A program made the translations under genes and the position numbers. From Phaeosaccion multiseriatum (taxonomy: Eukaryota; Protista; Ochrophyta, other classes), in assembly GCA_965112735.1 (NCBI GenBank), contig OZ218955.1:992001-1056000 (forward strand): a stretch of 64,000 bases of DNA, read 5' to 3'. Below, piece after piece: positions 12,426-25,641 of this stretch (positions within the stretch are counted from its first letter, which is position 1; each line of letters opens with the position of its first letter). Under the pieces are notes generated by a model. That model had not been told where the DNA came from and searched no databases. It saw only the letters and a program-made list of their open reading frames with translations.

Positions 12426-14064
12426 ACCACCACCTCCTCCTCCACTACCACCACCACCACCACCACAACCACCACCACAACCACCACCACCACCACCACC
12501 AGCAGCAGCAGCTGCCGCTGCCGGAAATAAGGCTGACAATCCCGTAATGCCAGGAGAGAAAAAGAGCAAAAAGAGCCGCACTCAGGGTCTTACCTGCAGG
12601 AAGAGCGCCGCGTAGGAGGAGTACATAACCGCTCCTGCCCACATGTTCTTCAAGTTGATGTACTTGTTATGGCCCTGTATCACCAACGCGTGTGCGTGTG
12701 TGTGTGCGGGTTTCCGTCAAGGAAAGGGGGGGGGGAGGGTGTAAAAGAAAGCACGATTATACTTGCTCGCTCACTCCATCACTCACTCACTCAATCACTC
12801 CCTCCACCCCTGCACCCCACTAACTCAGTCACCACTCACTCACTCACTCACTCACTCACTCCCCCCACTCCCCCCACCCACCCACTCACTCATTCAATCA
12901 CTCACCCCCTCACTCACTCAATCACTCACCCCCTCACTCACCCAATCACCCAATCCCCACTCTCAGTCACTCACTCGCTCACTCACCCACTCACCCACTC
13001 ACTCACTCACGCGTACCTGGTTATAGTAATACGCCCCACTGGCGACAACGAAAATGCCTACGAACATCTGACTGATCTGCATGATGGTGATATATACTGG
13101 GCGACACAGGTCAATGCGCAGCGCCTTGAGGGCATAGTAAAGGTACATGACACCGTGCACAGTGTAGTTCATCGACACAAAGTAGATGCCGTACGACATC
13201 TGTGATTTGAGATGATTGAGAGAGAGAGAGAGAGAGAGAGAAAGCGAGAGAGCAAGGAAAGGGAAAACGCGGTGTCATCTTCTATTCCTTTTGTCTTAAC
13301 CAAACTACTAAACGCAAACCGGACCCCTCCCCCCGCATTTTGAAGCCCCCACTAACCTGGGCAGCCGTAAGAATGCTGCCTACCACCCAAACACACACCC
13401 ACGCACACACACACAATCAAACCCCCAATCTTACCTGGTAGTAGTAAGAGTGCCAGCAGTAGAGGAGGACCGTTACATGGTGATACCAGTGCAAGAAGAT
13501 GAGGGGCTTCTTCCTCATGACGATGAAGAACGTGTCGCCGAGCTCGGGTATCTTTTGATGTTGATGTTGTTGTTGTTGTTGTGCGGTGGCAGTGGCAAGT
13601 AGCAGGCGGGAAGGGAGAGGAAGGGAGGGAGAGGGAGAGAGAGAGGGAGGGAGGGAGGGAAGGAAGCGAGGGAGACATAGATATACGAGCGTCAGAGGAG
13701 GGAGCAGCGCGTTGAACACATTACCAGCACCAGAGTGAGTCTTCTCTATGAATCTCTCTCTCCTTCTCTCTCACCCTCTCTTGTTCTCCCTCCCCTCTCT
13801 CCCATCTTCCTTCCTTCTTTCCTTCCCCTCCCTCCCTCGCTCCCTGCACACCTTAGAGAAGATGAATGCCTGTATCCACACTCCTGAGGCCCCCATGCCA
13901 TAGCCCACCCTCGGGTTGGAGCAGAGCGTGTACTTGAAGCCGTACACGTACAGAGCCTGCAGCAGGTGAGGCACCACCCTGTGGGGACGCGCCCATACAC
14001 ACACATACATGGGCGTGAAGGGTGAATGGTGAAGGGTGAAGGACAAGGGAAGGGAGGGAGGGAG

Positions 14065-14099
<35 letters not shown>

Positions 14100-15058
14100 G
14101 AGGAGGAGGAGGAGGAGGAGGAGGAGGAGGAGGAGGAGGAGGAGGAGGAGAAGGAGGAGGAGGAGGAGGAGGAGGAGGAGGAGGAGGAGGAGGAGGAGGA
14201 GGGGAGGAGGAGGAGAAGGATTCGTCTAAGTATTAGAAGGAGTAGTAGTGCAGTGTGAGCGGTTAAGGGTGGAGGGCAAGAGAAGAGAGGGACTTGTGGG
14301 GGGAAGGGGGGGGGGGGCGCTTCCGTTGCCGCTAACGCGCAACCCGCCCCCAAGGAGGAGGCGGCAAATGCACAGAGCACAGAAAATACGCACACACTGA
14401 GAAACCAAAAGACACGAGTGTGACGGAAAAAGAAAAACAGGACAAGGATAGTGTGCGTGGGTTTGCAGGGTAACAGCAGGTCGAGGGCGGTCAACGTAGC
14501 GCCGGACATGCGCCATCGTGCTTCACCTGAAAGCTCCAATAAAGGAGAAGAGGGCCAGTCCGAAGTTCCAGGCGATGAGTGGCCTCCTAAGGTCCCATGC
14601 TTTTCTGTTCCGCATGGCTCTCGAGCCCAGCACACAGAAGAGAAGATAAAGGACACAGGCTGCTATTGGGACGTGGGGAGTGAGCTTTTTGAAGGCCTCG
14701 TGAACCTGAATGTGCGTGCCAAGAGGACAAAGGGCAAGCACCAACAAGGTCGGTCAGCAGCAGCAAGTCGTTTCATCAGGCCAGCCGGACTCTATGTCTC
14801 TTTCCTCCCTAACTCCCCTACCCCACCTCTCCAGCAGCCCCCACATTCCAACGCCCCCCCCCGCGTTTTACACACAAACACAAACGCACAACGTACATCG
14901 TCTGCATTGTATCTCCTTTCGAAGGGCGTGTACAGGGGCCGGAGCCAAGGATACCAATCGAACAGCTCCACCACCTTCTCTCCCGTACTGAGGGGAAATC
15001 CGTCTGGCGATGGCACGTCTGCCCAGAACGCCTCATCATCCGTCAGACTCCCCGCCAT
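11729..15058 (-). CDS. Fatty-acid elongase (GNS1/SUR4/ELO family, ELOVL6-like)
   Basis: Exons give [29 protein letters not shown]|[33 protein letters not shown] (KxxExxDT and HxxHH motifs), [33 protein letters not shown]. Last exon 12190-11729. Confidence 0.95.
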
Positions 15059-15435
15059 TCGCTGTTGCGCTCCTCGCCCCCCCCCCACAAGCGCCGCTGC
15101 CCTACTTTTTGAGTACCTCTTCTTTCCCTGCTGCTCCCTGCTGCTAAAGAAATTTCCCTGGTTTATCGTTCCGCCACCACGACAACGTTCAAAAGTGGGG
15201 ACGAGGAGCGGATTCCGAGCCGAGGTTGTTCAAAAGCTTCATGCTGAGAGAACAGTTCACAACAGTTGGAAAATGGAAAATTGGAAAAAGAAAGAAAGCA
15301 AGCAAGGTATTTCCCCCTTTTTTTGGTGAGTGAGTTTACGAAGTAAAATTAATAATTAAAATTAAATGTTGAAGACCAATCTCACAATCCTCCTTCCTTA
15401 TACACTCCACTGCTCCCGCTTCCTCTGCAAACCAT

Positions 15436-15501
15436 TCGACCCCTGATACACTATCCGCTATCCGCTATCGAGAAAGTGGGCGATAGTGTATCAGGGGTCG
15501 A
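15436..15501. mobile_element. MITE-A copy 1 (66 bp; 20-bp perfect TIR; 6-bp TSD AACCAT)
   Basis: TCGACCCCTGATACACTATC ... GATAGTGTATCAGGGGTCGA, flanked by AACCAT at 15430-15435 and 15502-15507. Internal sequence is shared, in inverted orientation, with the element at 47322-47462. Confidence 0.85.
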
Positions 15502-15912
15502 AACCATGCGCGCCCCCCTCGTCCCCTCGCTCTACACCTCCACACACACGCACAAACCCCCCAAGAAGGCACTGACGCAGGCTCTCGCCTCGCCTACATA
15601 CAACATCTTGGCGTGTTGGTGCTCTGGTGTGGCGTCATCGTCCCCCCACCCTACCCTGCCCCATCTTCCCCACCCCCGCCCTCCCTCTCTAATTAGTTGG
15701 CCCATATCTCAGGGGGGGGGGTTGCAGATATATGATATATAGCTTCTCACTAGCAGCTTGAGATACAAGTACCCGTATCCCTCTCTTGTCTCTCTCCCTT
15801 TGTCTCTGTCTCTCTGCTGAATACAAAGCTACGCCGTTCTTCGTCGTGGTCAACGCTTGACAGCCCTCACCCACGCACCCACGCACCCACGCACGCACGC
15901 ACGCACAAACAC

Positions 15913-16871
15913 TCATAAGGAGTTGGCGTCGTCGAGTTTCTTAAGCTGCCATACCACCTGCTGCTTGAAGAAGATGTTCCTCTTGGTGCGTGAGCTTAGC
16001 CTGTTAAAGTCCTCCGGTCTTAATCCGTTCTCCGAAGCAATGCGCTCCTGTCCAAGCGAGGGGAGGGGTGGGGGAGAGGAGAGGAGAGGAGAGTAGGGAG
16101 GGGGGGGGAGATGAGGAGGGAGGAGGGAAAGGGGAGTGGGGTGGGAAGGAGGGAAGGGGAGAGGGGGGGGAGGACGGGGAGTGGGGGAGAAGGAGAGGAG
16201 AGGAGAGAGAGGCAGGGAGGGGAGAGGACAGGGGAGGGGAGAAGAGCCAGGCGAGCAAATATACGAGCGCGTTCGGGTCCTACAATAGGAGAAAGCGATC
16301 AAGCACTACTAGACTACGCTTGAGAGGGCTGCTTCTGGTCGTTCATTCCAACCCATCTCTCTCTCTCTATATATATATATATATCTTGTCTCTCACACAC
16401 ACACACTCACTCTCACTCTCCTTCTCTCACTCACTCACTCACTTACTCACTCCCCTCTCTTTCCCTCTCTCACTCCCTCACTCTCTTTCTCTCACTCACC
16501 CACTCACGCTCTTTCTCTCACTTACTCACTCACCGCCATTGCAGGGAAGGCGTCACAGGCCTTCCTGATGCTGACATTCATCACCTTCCCCATGGCAGGG
16601 CGGCACATGTTGGCAGGAAGAGAGTCCACGTCAAGGTCCTCCATGAGCCGCTTCCTCATGTCCAGGCGTAGCTCTGCAGTAGATGACATCATATGGGCAT
16701 GGTTGGTATGAAAGGGATGGGCATAGATCGGAGGAAGGGGTTGGGGGTTGTGGGGGGGGGAAGAAAGGAAGAGAGGAGGAGGAGGAGGAAAGAGTATTAG
16801 GAGCAGTAGCAGCAGTAGCAGCAGTAGCAGTAACAACAACAAAAATAATAACAACAACAACAAAAATAATA

Positions 16872-16911
<40 letters not shown>

Positions 16912-18768
16912 CAACAACAACAACAACAACAACAACAACATGGATTAGAGAGAGCAGAGAACAAATGAAGGAGGAAGCGTGAGCATGCGGCCGAGGCTTA
17001 GCTGGGCCTTCGTGCCCTGTGCTCTTCTGTGTATCTATGGCACAGCCCTATCGACCCATCGTCAGTCGACTCTGCCGTAGAAGGCAGCAGAAGGCAGCAT
17101 CTTGGTGGGTGTGACGTCATGCCAAACTACCCCACAAAAGAGTTCAGTACAAGGAGCCAATGGAAGAGAGTCCTCCTTCTCCCTCAGCTTCTTCCTCCTC
17201 CTCCTCCTCCTCCTCCTCCTCCTCCTCCTCCTCTCTTCCTCCCACGTACCTTCAATATCTCTCAAGCTCGTCGCAAACCTTGCCAACTTGGAGGGAGGCG
17301 GGCCCCTCGGCGGTTGCTGCTGCCCCCCCGCCCTCCTCCTCTTCTCTGTCGCCTTCTCCCTCGTGGCTCTCTCCTTGGACTCCTTCCTTGCGGCCTTCAT
17401 CACGTCTTTGACGTCCTCAACAGGGGGGATGCGGTCTCCGGACAGCTCTGCTGCAACGCGGTAGAGGTACGCCTATAAACATCGGCAATGTATAAAAGAG
17501 AGAGTGAGTGAGTGCGTGAGTGCGTGAGTGAGTGAGTGAGGGCGGGTGGGAGGGAGGGAGGGAGGCAGGCAGGGAAGGAGGGGGGCAGAGGCCAGTTCAT
17601 CAGCAAGGCAGTGTGGTGAGTGCGTCGGTGGACTGTGGTGGTTGAGAATCCAGACAACCACAACAATGGGAAATGAAGTGTACGATTTGGAAACCATGTT
17701 ACAGATGGCGATTGACATGGGCTGTGACATGGGCTCTCTACAAGGGCTGGGGCGAGCGCAAACTCCGGCAAGCAGCAGTGTCGCCGTCCTCTTATTCTTG
17801 TTCTTGTTCTGGTTCTTGTTCTTCGAGGGCCCCAACACCATCTTCCCCTCCTCTTACGTATGGACATACATATTCCGTTAAGCGACCTTATACTGCTGTA
17901 CTGCACTATACCGTACCGTACCTGTTGCGTGACTTTCGACTTGAGGCTGTCGGACTGGGCAATGACCTTGCTCAGTTTGTTGAAGCGAGGTATGCTGATG
18001 TCCAGGGACGTGATGATTCGCCCCGCCTGCCTCAAGTAGTTACTCTGCGCCAAGCGGCAGCGCTCGTCGACGAGCGGACTGGACATCCAACGCGTATACT
18101 GGTCTCCGTGACGAAGCTGAGGGCGGGAGGTCGATCACCACAGAAGAAGCGGGGATGGGGGTCAGAGGATGAGAGAGATAGAGGGGTTGGGGGAGGGAGG
18201 CTGTTTTCGAATCACTCTTCACGTTCTAGTTACTGGAGGTGGGGATCAATGAATTCATATCATAATAAAAATAGAAATACAAGTAAGACACAGGGGGCAG
18301 GTGAAAGAAAGACATGCATCCACGTTCTCGTTGATTTACACAACGTCTTCTGCCTCTCTCCCTCCCTCCCTCCCTCCCTCCTTCGGTTCTCACCCACCCT
18401 GTACTCACCTTCAGGTATCGGTAGTACATAGGGTTGGTGTTCTTCTTGATAATGTTGTCCCTCTCCTTCCTCAGCCACTCTGTTGCTGCCAGTGCCGCAG
18501 AGTATCGATCGAACTCAGATTCTTCTGGGGTGAACAAGCTCACCATCTGAGGAGTGAGGCCCACCAGCCCCGACGAGGAGGACCTGGGATGCACCACGGG
18601 AATCCCAGACCGCTTCTCTTCCTCCTGCCTCTCCCTCTGCTGCTGCGTGGACCCTGCTTTCGACCTGGCGAATCTCGCAGCGCTACAGCACACCGTAGCC
18701 ACGTCCAGAGAGCAGCTCCACACGAGCAGCAGCCCCCACACCAGCTTCGCCACACACGATCGCGCCAT
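15913..18768 (-). CDS. Signal-peptide protein with two DUF4168-like helical repeats
   Basis: Spliced product: signal peptide MARSCVAKLVWGLLLVWSC..., repeat 1 FDRYSAALAATEWLR...AGRIITSLDISIPRFNKLSKVIAQSDSLKSKV, repeat 2 LARFATSLRDIE.LR...AERIASENGLRPEDFNRLSSRTKRNIFFKQQV. The I...GL....FN pattern recalls cyanobacterial DUF4168. Confidence 0.65.
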
Positions 18769-19166
18769 GGCCCTCGCCGCCGATCAGTGAGTGGCGCAGT
18801 GGAGACGGCGAGAGAAGGGAGAGAAAAGAAGAAGATCCAGTCCAGCCGCAAGCCCTGGCTCTCCGAGAGCAGCCCTCCTCAAATCTTCGCCAGCGCTCCA
18901 GCACGTCCTCCCTCCTCACAAAACTACCCCGTGTACCTAACCTGCCGGACAGGTAACACACACACACACACACTGGGCCTTTTAAGGGAAAAAAAAAATC
19001 TTCCAGTTCCAGTGCTCTATGCTTTCAATTTGAATTCCCGCTTAGAACCCCAGGGGTTACGCCAAAGAATCCTTGTTGGCAATTCAATCTCAAGCAGTCT
19101 TGTAGGAGCGGTGCTAAGAAAGGAGCAGTATACAGCATTTGCTTCGAGACACCAAGTAGCTAAACC

Positions 19167-21492
19167 ATGGCTCCGTCTACCACCGTAGCATTCGCGACCC
19201 TGGCAGCGGGCTGTGCCTGCGTGGCCAATGGATTCAGCGTAGGAGGCGCGTTTGTGGGGCAGGGCGTCCAGCTCCCCAAGAGGGCTCGTGCTTCCAGCTC
19301 AGGTGAGTCAGGGAGTGACTTCTCGCGCTGGGGACGCAATGACAGCGTGCAGGGGAGCGGGAGAGCTCGGGGAGGAGGGCAGTTTGCTGTGTTTGGGGGA
19401 TGAAGGGAGGGTTTGGTTGCTGGGCTGCTCATGAGTGAGAGCGGCTTGGTTGCGGGGTGTTCATGAAGCCGTGCCTCTTCGTTGAATGTGCTTGATGACT
19501 CGTGATGACTGGGTCGGTGTCTGGAACCCCTGTGGTTTAAGGCGACTCGCTTGCACCTTCTAACTGAGCTGCGTGCCTGGCAGGGATGCACGCTGTGCGG
19601 GGTGATGGCGAAACGGGGGAAGCGTGCTCTTTCCTTTTTGGCGGGCAATAGCACACAGACAACAGGACCCTTCTCCCCCACCCTCTCGCATGCATTTAGT
19701 TAATCAGCACTCACGCCACCCTCTCTCTCATCGCTGCTGCTGCTTTCCTTCTCCCCGCTCCAATGCATTGCGATCCACACAGTCATGGAGATGAAGTACA
19801 GAGTAGCAGTGGTGGGCGGTGGGCCCTCGGGCGCCTGCGCAGCCGAGGTCTTTGCCGACTCGCCCGATGTGGAGGTGACCATGTTTGAGCGTAAGATGGA
19901 CAACGCCAAGCCCTGCGGTGGCGCCATCCCCCTGTGCATGGTGGAGGAGTTCGACCTGCCCGTCTCCCTCATTGACCGCAAGGTGCGAAAGATGAGGATG
20001 ATCTCACCCACCAACCGAGAGGTGGACATCGGCCGCACCCTTAAGGCCGATGAGTACATTGGCATGGTCCGAAGGGAGGTGCTTGACTCCTACCTGCGTG
20101 ACCGAGCCGTCGAGAAGGGCGCCCGAGCCGTCAACGGACTTGTGACCGACATCGACACCACCCAGGGCAAGGCGGGTCCCTACAAGATCAACTACAAGGC
20201 CTTTACCGAGGGCAGCAAGACCGGAACGGCCACGACTGAGGAGTTCGACCTCATCATCGGGGCGGACGGAGCGAACTCGCGTGTGGCCAAGGCCATGGAT
20301 GCCGGAGAGTACAACTTCGCCATCGCCTTCCAGGAGCGCATCAAGGTAAGCGAGGGAGAGAGGTGTTGGTGATAGATGGAGGGAAAGTTTTGTGGTGTGC
20401 GAGACACATCGTCCTCAGGAGTCTAGAGGGCGAGGAGCAGGGGGGGGGATGAAGTGTCGTGTGCTCACGAGAGCAAGAGCGGATTGGATTGTGTTGATTT
20501 ACCATTGGCCTACTCCACACTCTTTGGAACACACATAGCTCACAACACACCCGCCACCCGCCGTCACCCCCTCCCACACCCTACACACACACCCACACAC
20601 AGGTGAGCGACGAGAAGATGGCATTCTACGAGGAGCTCGCGGAGATGTACGTGGGAGACGATGTGTCCCCCGACTTCTACGGATGGGTGTTCCCCAAGTA
20701 CGACCACGTGGCCCTGGGCACAGGAACGGTCGTCAACCGCCCCGCCATCAAGCAGTACCAGGACGCCATGCGACTGAGGGCTGGCGACAAGGTGTCGGGA
20801 GGCAAGATTATCAAGATTGAGGCTCACCCCATCCCCGAGCACTACCGCCCCCGCCGAGTGGCTGGCCGCATGGCGCTGGTCGGAGACGCCGCAGGTGAGA
20901 GAGAGAGAGACGGAGATGGATAGATGGATAGCTTTGTTGTCTTCATATGTGTTTTGCCGTCGTCTCGATTGTGTTTTGCTGTCGTCTCGTTGACGAGACG
21001 CTTCGTCTTGTAGACTAAACCTCACAAACTCCTCGCCCCCCCCCCCCCTCGCTCAAAACAACCCCAGGCTACGTGACCAAGTGCTCCGGAGAGGGCATCT
21101 ACTTCGCCGCCAAGAGTGGAAGGATGGCAGCAGAGGCCGTGGTCAAGAAGATGGCCGCCACGGGACGCCTGCCCACCGAGAAGGAGATTAAGGACACGTA
21201 CATTAAGGACTACGACAAGGCCTACAAGCCCACCTACATTGTGCTCGACCTCTTGCAGAAGGTGTTCTACAGCACCAACGCCGCCCGCGAGGCGTTTGTG
21301 GAGATGTGCGAGTCCGAGTACGTGCAGAAGGTGACCTTCGACTCGTACCTCTACAAGAAGGTGCAGGGCAACAACCCCGTTGAGGACTTGAAGCTGCTGT
21401 TCGGCACCATGGGCTCCCTGATCCGCGGCAATGCGCTCGCCCCCGCCGACAAGACCTTCTCCAACCCCGTGGAGTCGCTCAAGCGTCTTTAA
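19167..21492 (+). CDS. chlP: Geranylgeranyl diphosphate reductase (chlorophyll phytyl chain synthesis)
   Basis: Exons ~19167-19302, 19782-20345, 20602-20894, 21068-21492. RVAVVGGGPSGACAA, NAKPCGGAIPLCM, GADGANSRVA, VSPDFYGWVFPK, GDAAG|YVTKCSGEGIYFAAKSG. Presequence ACVANG-FSVG. Confidence 0.97.
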
Positions 21493-22993
21493 AGGTGCTA
21501 AGCCTCGAGTCCAAGCCGGCCATGAATGGACTGGCGATGCAAATAGCAAGGAGCTATACATCTTTCCTGCTTGCATCACTCTTCACACACAACACAAACA
21601 CAACAGCTGGTCGGGGGATCGATGGATGGATCATTTCTCCGACAGCAAGCAACGGGTGCGCGGCTTCGCTGCGGCAGCGGGCGTTGATCATGTGAAGTGG
21701 GTAGAGTGCCGTCTCCTGGATTGGCCTGCTGCTGCTCTCTCGCTCTTGGCGTGGCGCGGGTAGAACAACAGCACAGCCAACCTCCAAAACGATTTTGCCT
21801 CATTCATCCAGTCAGCCAAGGCGCGAGTGTATGTATGGATGTGGTTATAGGTAGTTACTGTCGGCTTGTGCTTCCTCTTTTGGAGGTGCCTCTCTTCGCG
21901 CCCTGTAGCGGGTGGCGAGGGAACCGACTATTAGATTGAAGTGTATTCTCGGGTAGGGAGGAGTGGAAGGGAATGCATTGTGCAAAGTACTCACACACTC
22001 AGTAAAATAGGAGTACAGCACGTTCGATTTAATTTAGGTACGATATTTACATAAGAGGACACAACAAACAACAAACACAACACGCCTCGTGCTGCCACCA
22101 CCCTTCGCCTTCATTCCTCTGCCAATCCTCCGAACTGAAAAGTGTGCGTGTGCGCTCAATTGGGTATGGCTCGGACACTTGTCAGATTTGGCGCCCCCGG
22201 GGGGTGGATGGAAGGGGGAGCTCTGCACATATTTAGCTGCACCATACCGAAGAGACGCACCCTTCGCTCCTTCGCTTGCCAGCGGGTGGGTAGGTTGGTA
22301 GCTAGGTGGTAGGTGGGTAAGGTTGCTCTCAGAAGCTGCCAACGCAAGCCTACTATACTATACTTGTACGTCACGGAGTCGCTGACAGCAACGAAGCGAT
22401 GAAAAGGTGTGGATGATACCACGGTCTTCCTCGAAATGGCACACACTACAGTAGCCAGGCTTCTCTGTATCTGTGATGCCTTTGTCGTTACGTAAGACAG
22501 GCGCAAGGTGGCAACCAAAGGCAAGGGCGAGCGGCGAGCTGGCTCTCCGCTCAAGTGCACACACAGCACTCCACAAGAAGGGATGCCTTGCCACACTCCA
22601 CGCTGTGCACGTCCCGCCGCCCCCATCGTCTCTGCACACCAGACAAAGGCCAGACCGGCACCACCCTCTCCGCAATTGATGGAAGGATATCTCTCTCGAA
22701 CAGTAGCGTGTTCCAACACGCTATACTACGTACTGTAAGCGAGAGAAATTGGTAACATCGTCTCGTAGCCAACAACACACGCGTGTAAGCCACCTACCAC
22801 TGAACAGCGCTGTCACGAGAGGAGTGAAGGGAGGCGCTGGGCTGGGCTCCTCCTCCACCCCTCTGCAGCCCTCCTCCTCTATGGAAAACAAGAGGGGACA
22901 AGAGGTGACCCGACGAGTGACGAGCCGTGTTGCGGAGCGCATGCAGTCGGCTCTCCAACTCTCTCCCCAGCACGGAGTGGTCCACATCTACAC

Positions 22994-23574
22994 CTATCCT
23001 CTACGGATACCCTTGGCCTGCGAATACAAGCACGGATGGACGGCAAGGAGGGAGAAGCACGAGGGTTTGAACGAGCTCAGGGGAAGAGAGGCAAAAGCTG
23101 GCCCGTTTAGGCGCTGCTGATGTGGTGATGCCGAGCAGTAGGAGAGCGTGCATGGCGGGAGGAGGCTTGAGGCTTAAGGAGAGTGAATGAACGAGACCAA
23201 GGAGGGAGTTACAGGGCGGGGTATACATGTGTTCATTAATACTAACAGCACCACCCCCATCACCTCCACCACCACCTACCGCTTTGGAGAAGCACAGCCG
23301 GAGAGCTGCAAACTCCTTCTCACATGCCCCCTTCGCGGGGCCGCCAGTGCGAGAAGTCAGTCCTAGACAAGCACCGTAGGATGAAATCTGAGCCGGGGAG
23401 GGGGGAAGAGGAGGCAGGGGCAGAGAGGTAAGCAGCCGCGGGGCGGGGGCGGGAGCACAGAGCATAAAGTAAGGAGAACAGCCACTCTCAACCCCAGCTC
23501 ACCTCTCTAGGGCAGGTTGTGGTCATCTTGGCAAACACTTTGCCAAGCTTGGTTGTGCTCTGCGAGCCGGACAT
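22994..23574 (-). CDS. NDUFAF8: Twin CX9C mitochondrial IMS protein, NDUFAF8-like (not seen as a whole gene in the ORF track)
   Basis: Exons 23574-23503, 23387-23280, 23017-22994 give MSGSQSTTKLGKVFAKMTTTCPREISSYGACLGLTSRTGGPAKGACEKEFAALRLCFSKAAKGIRRG*. Two CX9C motifs match the C..E...YG.C / C..EF..LR.CF pattern of NDUFAF8. Confidence 0.8.
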
Positions 23575-24435
23575 CCTCATATGATAATATCGCGGGCCGG
23601 GCCGAGAAAAGCTTCCCTATCTCAGTTGGTTCTCTGGTGCCATCTGTGCTGCCTTGTACGATTTTCGATTTTGATTTCCGCCTTGCTGTGCCAGTGAAGC
23701 CATCCGCTCGTAATTATGTTTACTCCCTTCGTCGCTCATCAGCTAGTCGGGAACTACAGGAGGCGTCCCGTCGAAAGAAGAATCGGACCGTAGCGACGAG
23801 ACTACTCCACCCCAGCCCAGGACTCTCCACGCTCATTTGACACCCCAACCACGTACTTCACCCACCTACCCACACATAGCTCCGATCTGTACATCCAGTC
23901 GATACAAGACTGGTGCCCCATCTACTTATGCACACACCAAAGCACCCTCTCCATATAAACACATACACCTTCCCATCCCGTCTTGTCTCTCCCTCCCTCC
24001 TCCTAGGCACTATTGGCACTCTCGCGACTGACTGATATATACAACGACGGAGCTGACCCGCACCAGCCCAGCCCGACCAACAGCCCACTGCTACCAGCAG
24101 CAGCAACAGCCGCAGACTCCCGCGAGTACCCCATACCACACATTCACTCCACCACTGGACTACACTACATTACCCTACACACACTCCCTCCAGTCACCTT
24201 CCCTCTCCTACTGCACTGTCCTACCCTACCCTACACTGTACACTCCCTCCGCTAGACCTCATCAGCTTTCCTTCCTACTACCCTACATCACGGCACATAC
24301 TCCCCTCCTCTGGACCGGAAGTCGGTGACAAAAGTCAGCGACCAAGTCAGTCAGTCCTCGCTTCCTCCTCCATCCAGGCCTATCAGTCCTCCAGCCCAGT
24401 CAGTGACTTGGTAAGTGACTTAGTCAGTCAGTCAG

Positions 24436-24700
24436 TCAATCCTCCGTGCGCTCCTTGACGATCTGGGTCCTCTCCAGCAAGAATTTTCCCTCCTTGTACT
24501 TCTCCTTTGGTTCTCGGGCGTCCTCGTACGTCCACCCCAGCAGTGCGTCACAGCCGATGCAGTAAATGTCCGCCACAGTGTGCATGCCTGTCATGAGGCG
24601 CCGCTCCTCGCCGGGGCCGGTGGACACGTTGACGACGGTGTCCATGAGGTAGGCTCGCCCTCCTCGCCCGTTGAAGGACTGTGTGCGTTTTTGGTGTGTT

Positions 24701-24773
<73 letters not shown>

Positions 24774-25143
24774 GGCAAGGACGAAGGAGGGGGGGGGGAG
24801 GCGAGGAAACGAGTTGAGTCTTTCAAACTCATGAAGCAAAGGGCATCATCTCTGTCCTCTCTGTGGTCGGCAAGCGGGCAAGGCAGGTAGGGGTAGTGAC
24901 ACTGGCGGCTGTGTGCGCGTTTAGATTCATGCACACCCCACAGCCGGAGCTACGTAACCACTACCCCCCGAAGACGAGCCAGAAGAGAGCATCAAGACGA
25001 GAAGCAGCAGCAGCAGCAGCAGCATATGGTCTGCCTACCTTGGAGATGATTTGGTCGGCCGTGGTCAAGTGCGTGGAGCACTCCTTGCACACGAAGAGCT
25101 GCCCCGGCGGCCCCTCAAGAACTCTCTTGAAGATGCGGCCCAT
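24436..25143 (-). CDS. YPEL: Yippee-like zinc-binding protein
   Basis: Exons 25143-25039 and 24678-24436: MGRIFKRVLEG...CKECSTHL...IISK|SFNGRGGRAYL...VVNV..G..EERRLMTGMHTVADIYCIGC...LGWTYE.A.E..EKYKEGKFLLE. Confidence 0.95.
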
Positions 25144-25165
25144 CCCGGCCCCACTACTTCAATGG

Positions 25166-25201
<36 letters not shown>

Positions 25202-25641
25202 TGCTCTCTCTCTCTCCCTACTTTCCCCCCCCCTTCTTCCCCTCTGTCCCACTCCCCCCTTCTACCCCTCTGTCCCACTCCCTCTCTCTCGCCCCCCTCT
25301 CCCTATCTCTCTTGCCTCTTTTATCTCCTTGTCCCCCTCTCCATGTCCCACCGAACGTAGCAGATCATATCGTCCTTCTTCCCACCTCCTCTCCTCTTCC
25401 TCTCTCTCGCCTCTCACTGCTCCGAGTGCTCCTGCTCCTGAGGCCGCCTCTTCACCCTTGATCCTTTCCTCCAAATTGCTGAAGGGTAGCTGCCATGTAG
25501 TGGAAGAGACGAGCGAGTTCGGGAGCGAACGCGGAACGAGAGCAAGCGAGGTCACAACTGGCGTTATTCCACCAACCTTCCCTCTCGTAGCACCTTTTCT
25601 TTCCATTTCCATTTCCATTTACATTATACAGAAGCTTGAAC

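Noticed and set aside
12126-12642. Poly-Thr/His/Val/Gly ORFs, and similar ones at 14026, 16522, 26639, 46272 and 60285
   Set aside because: Translations of intronic microsatellites inside identified genes.
15444-15452. Link between the MITE-A TIR (TGATACA) and the GTTGGTGATACA motif
   Set aside because: Only 7 bp are shared, and the second MITE-A copy has TGACACG at this position; insufficient evidence.
21500-22990. Short ORFs between chlP and the NDUFAF8-like gene
   Set aside because: No motifs or splice-consistent model; likely convergent 3' UTRs.
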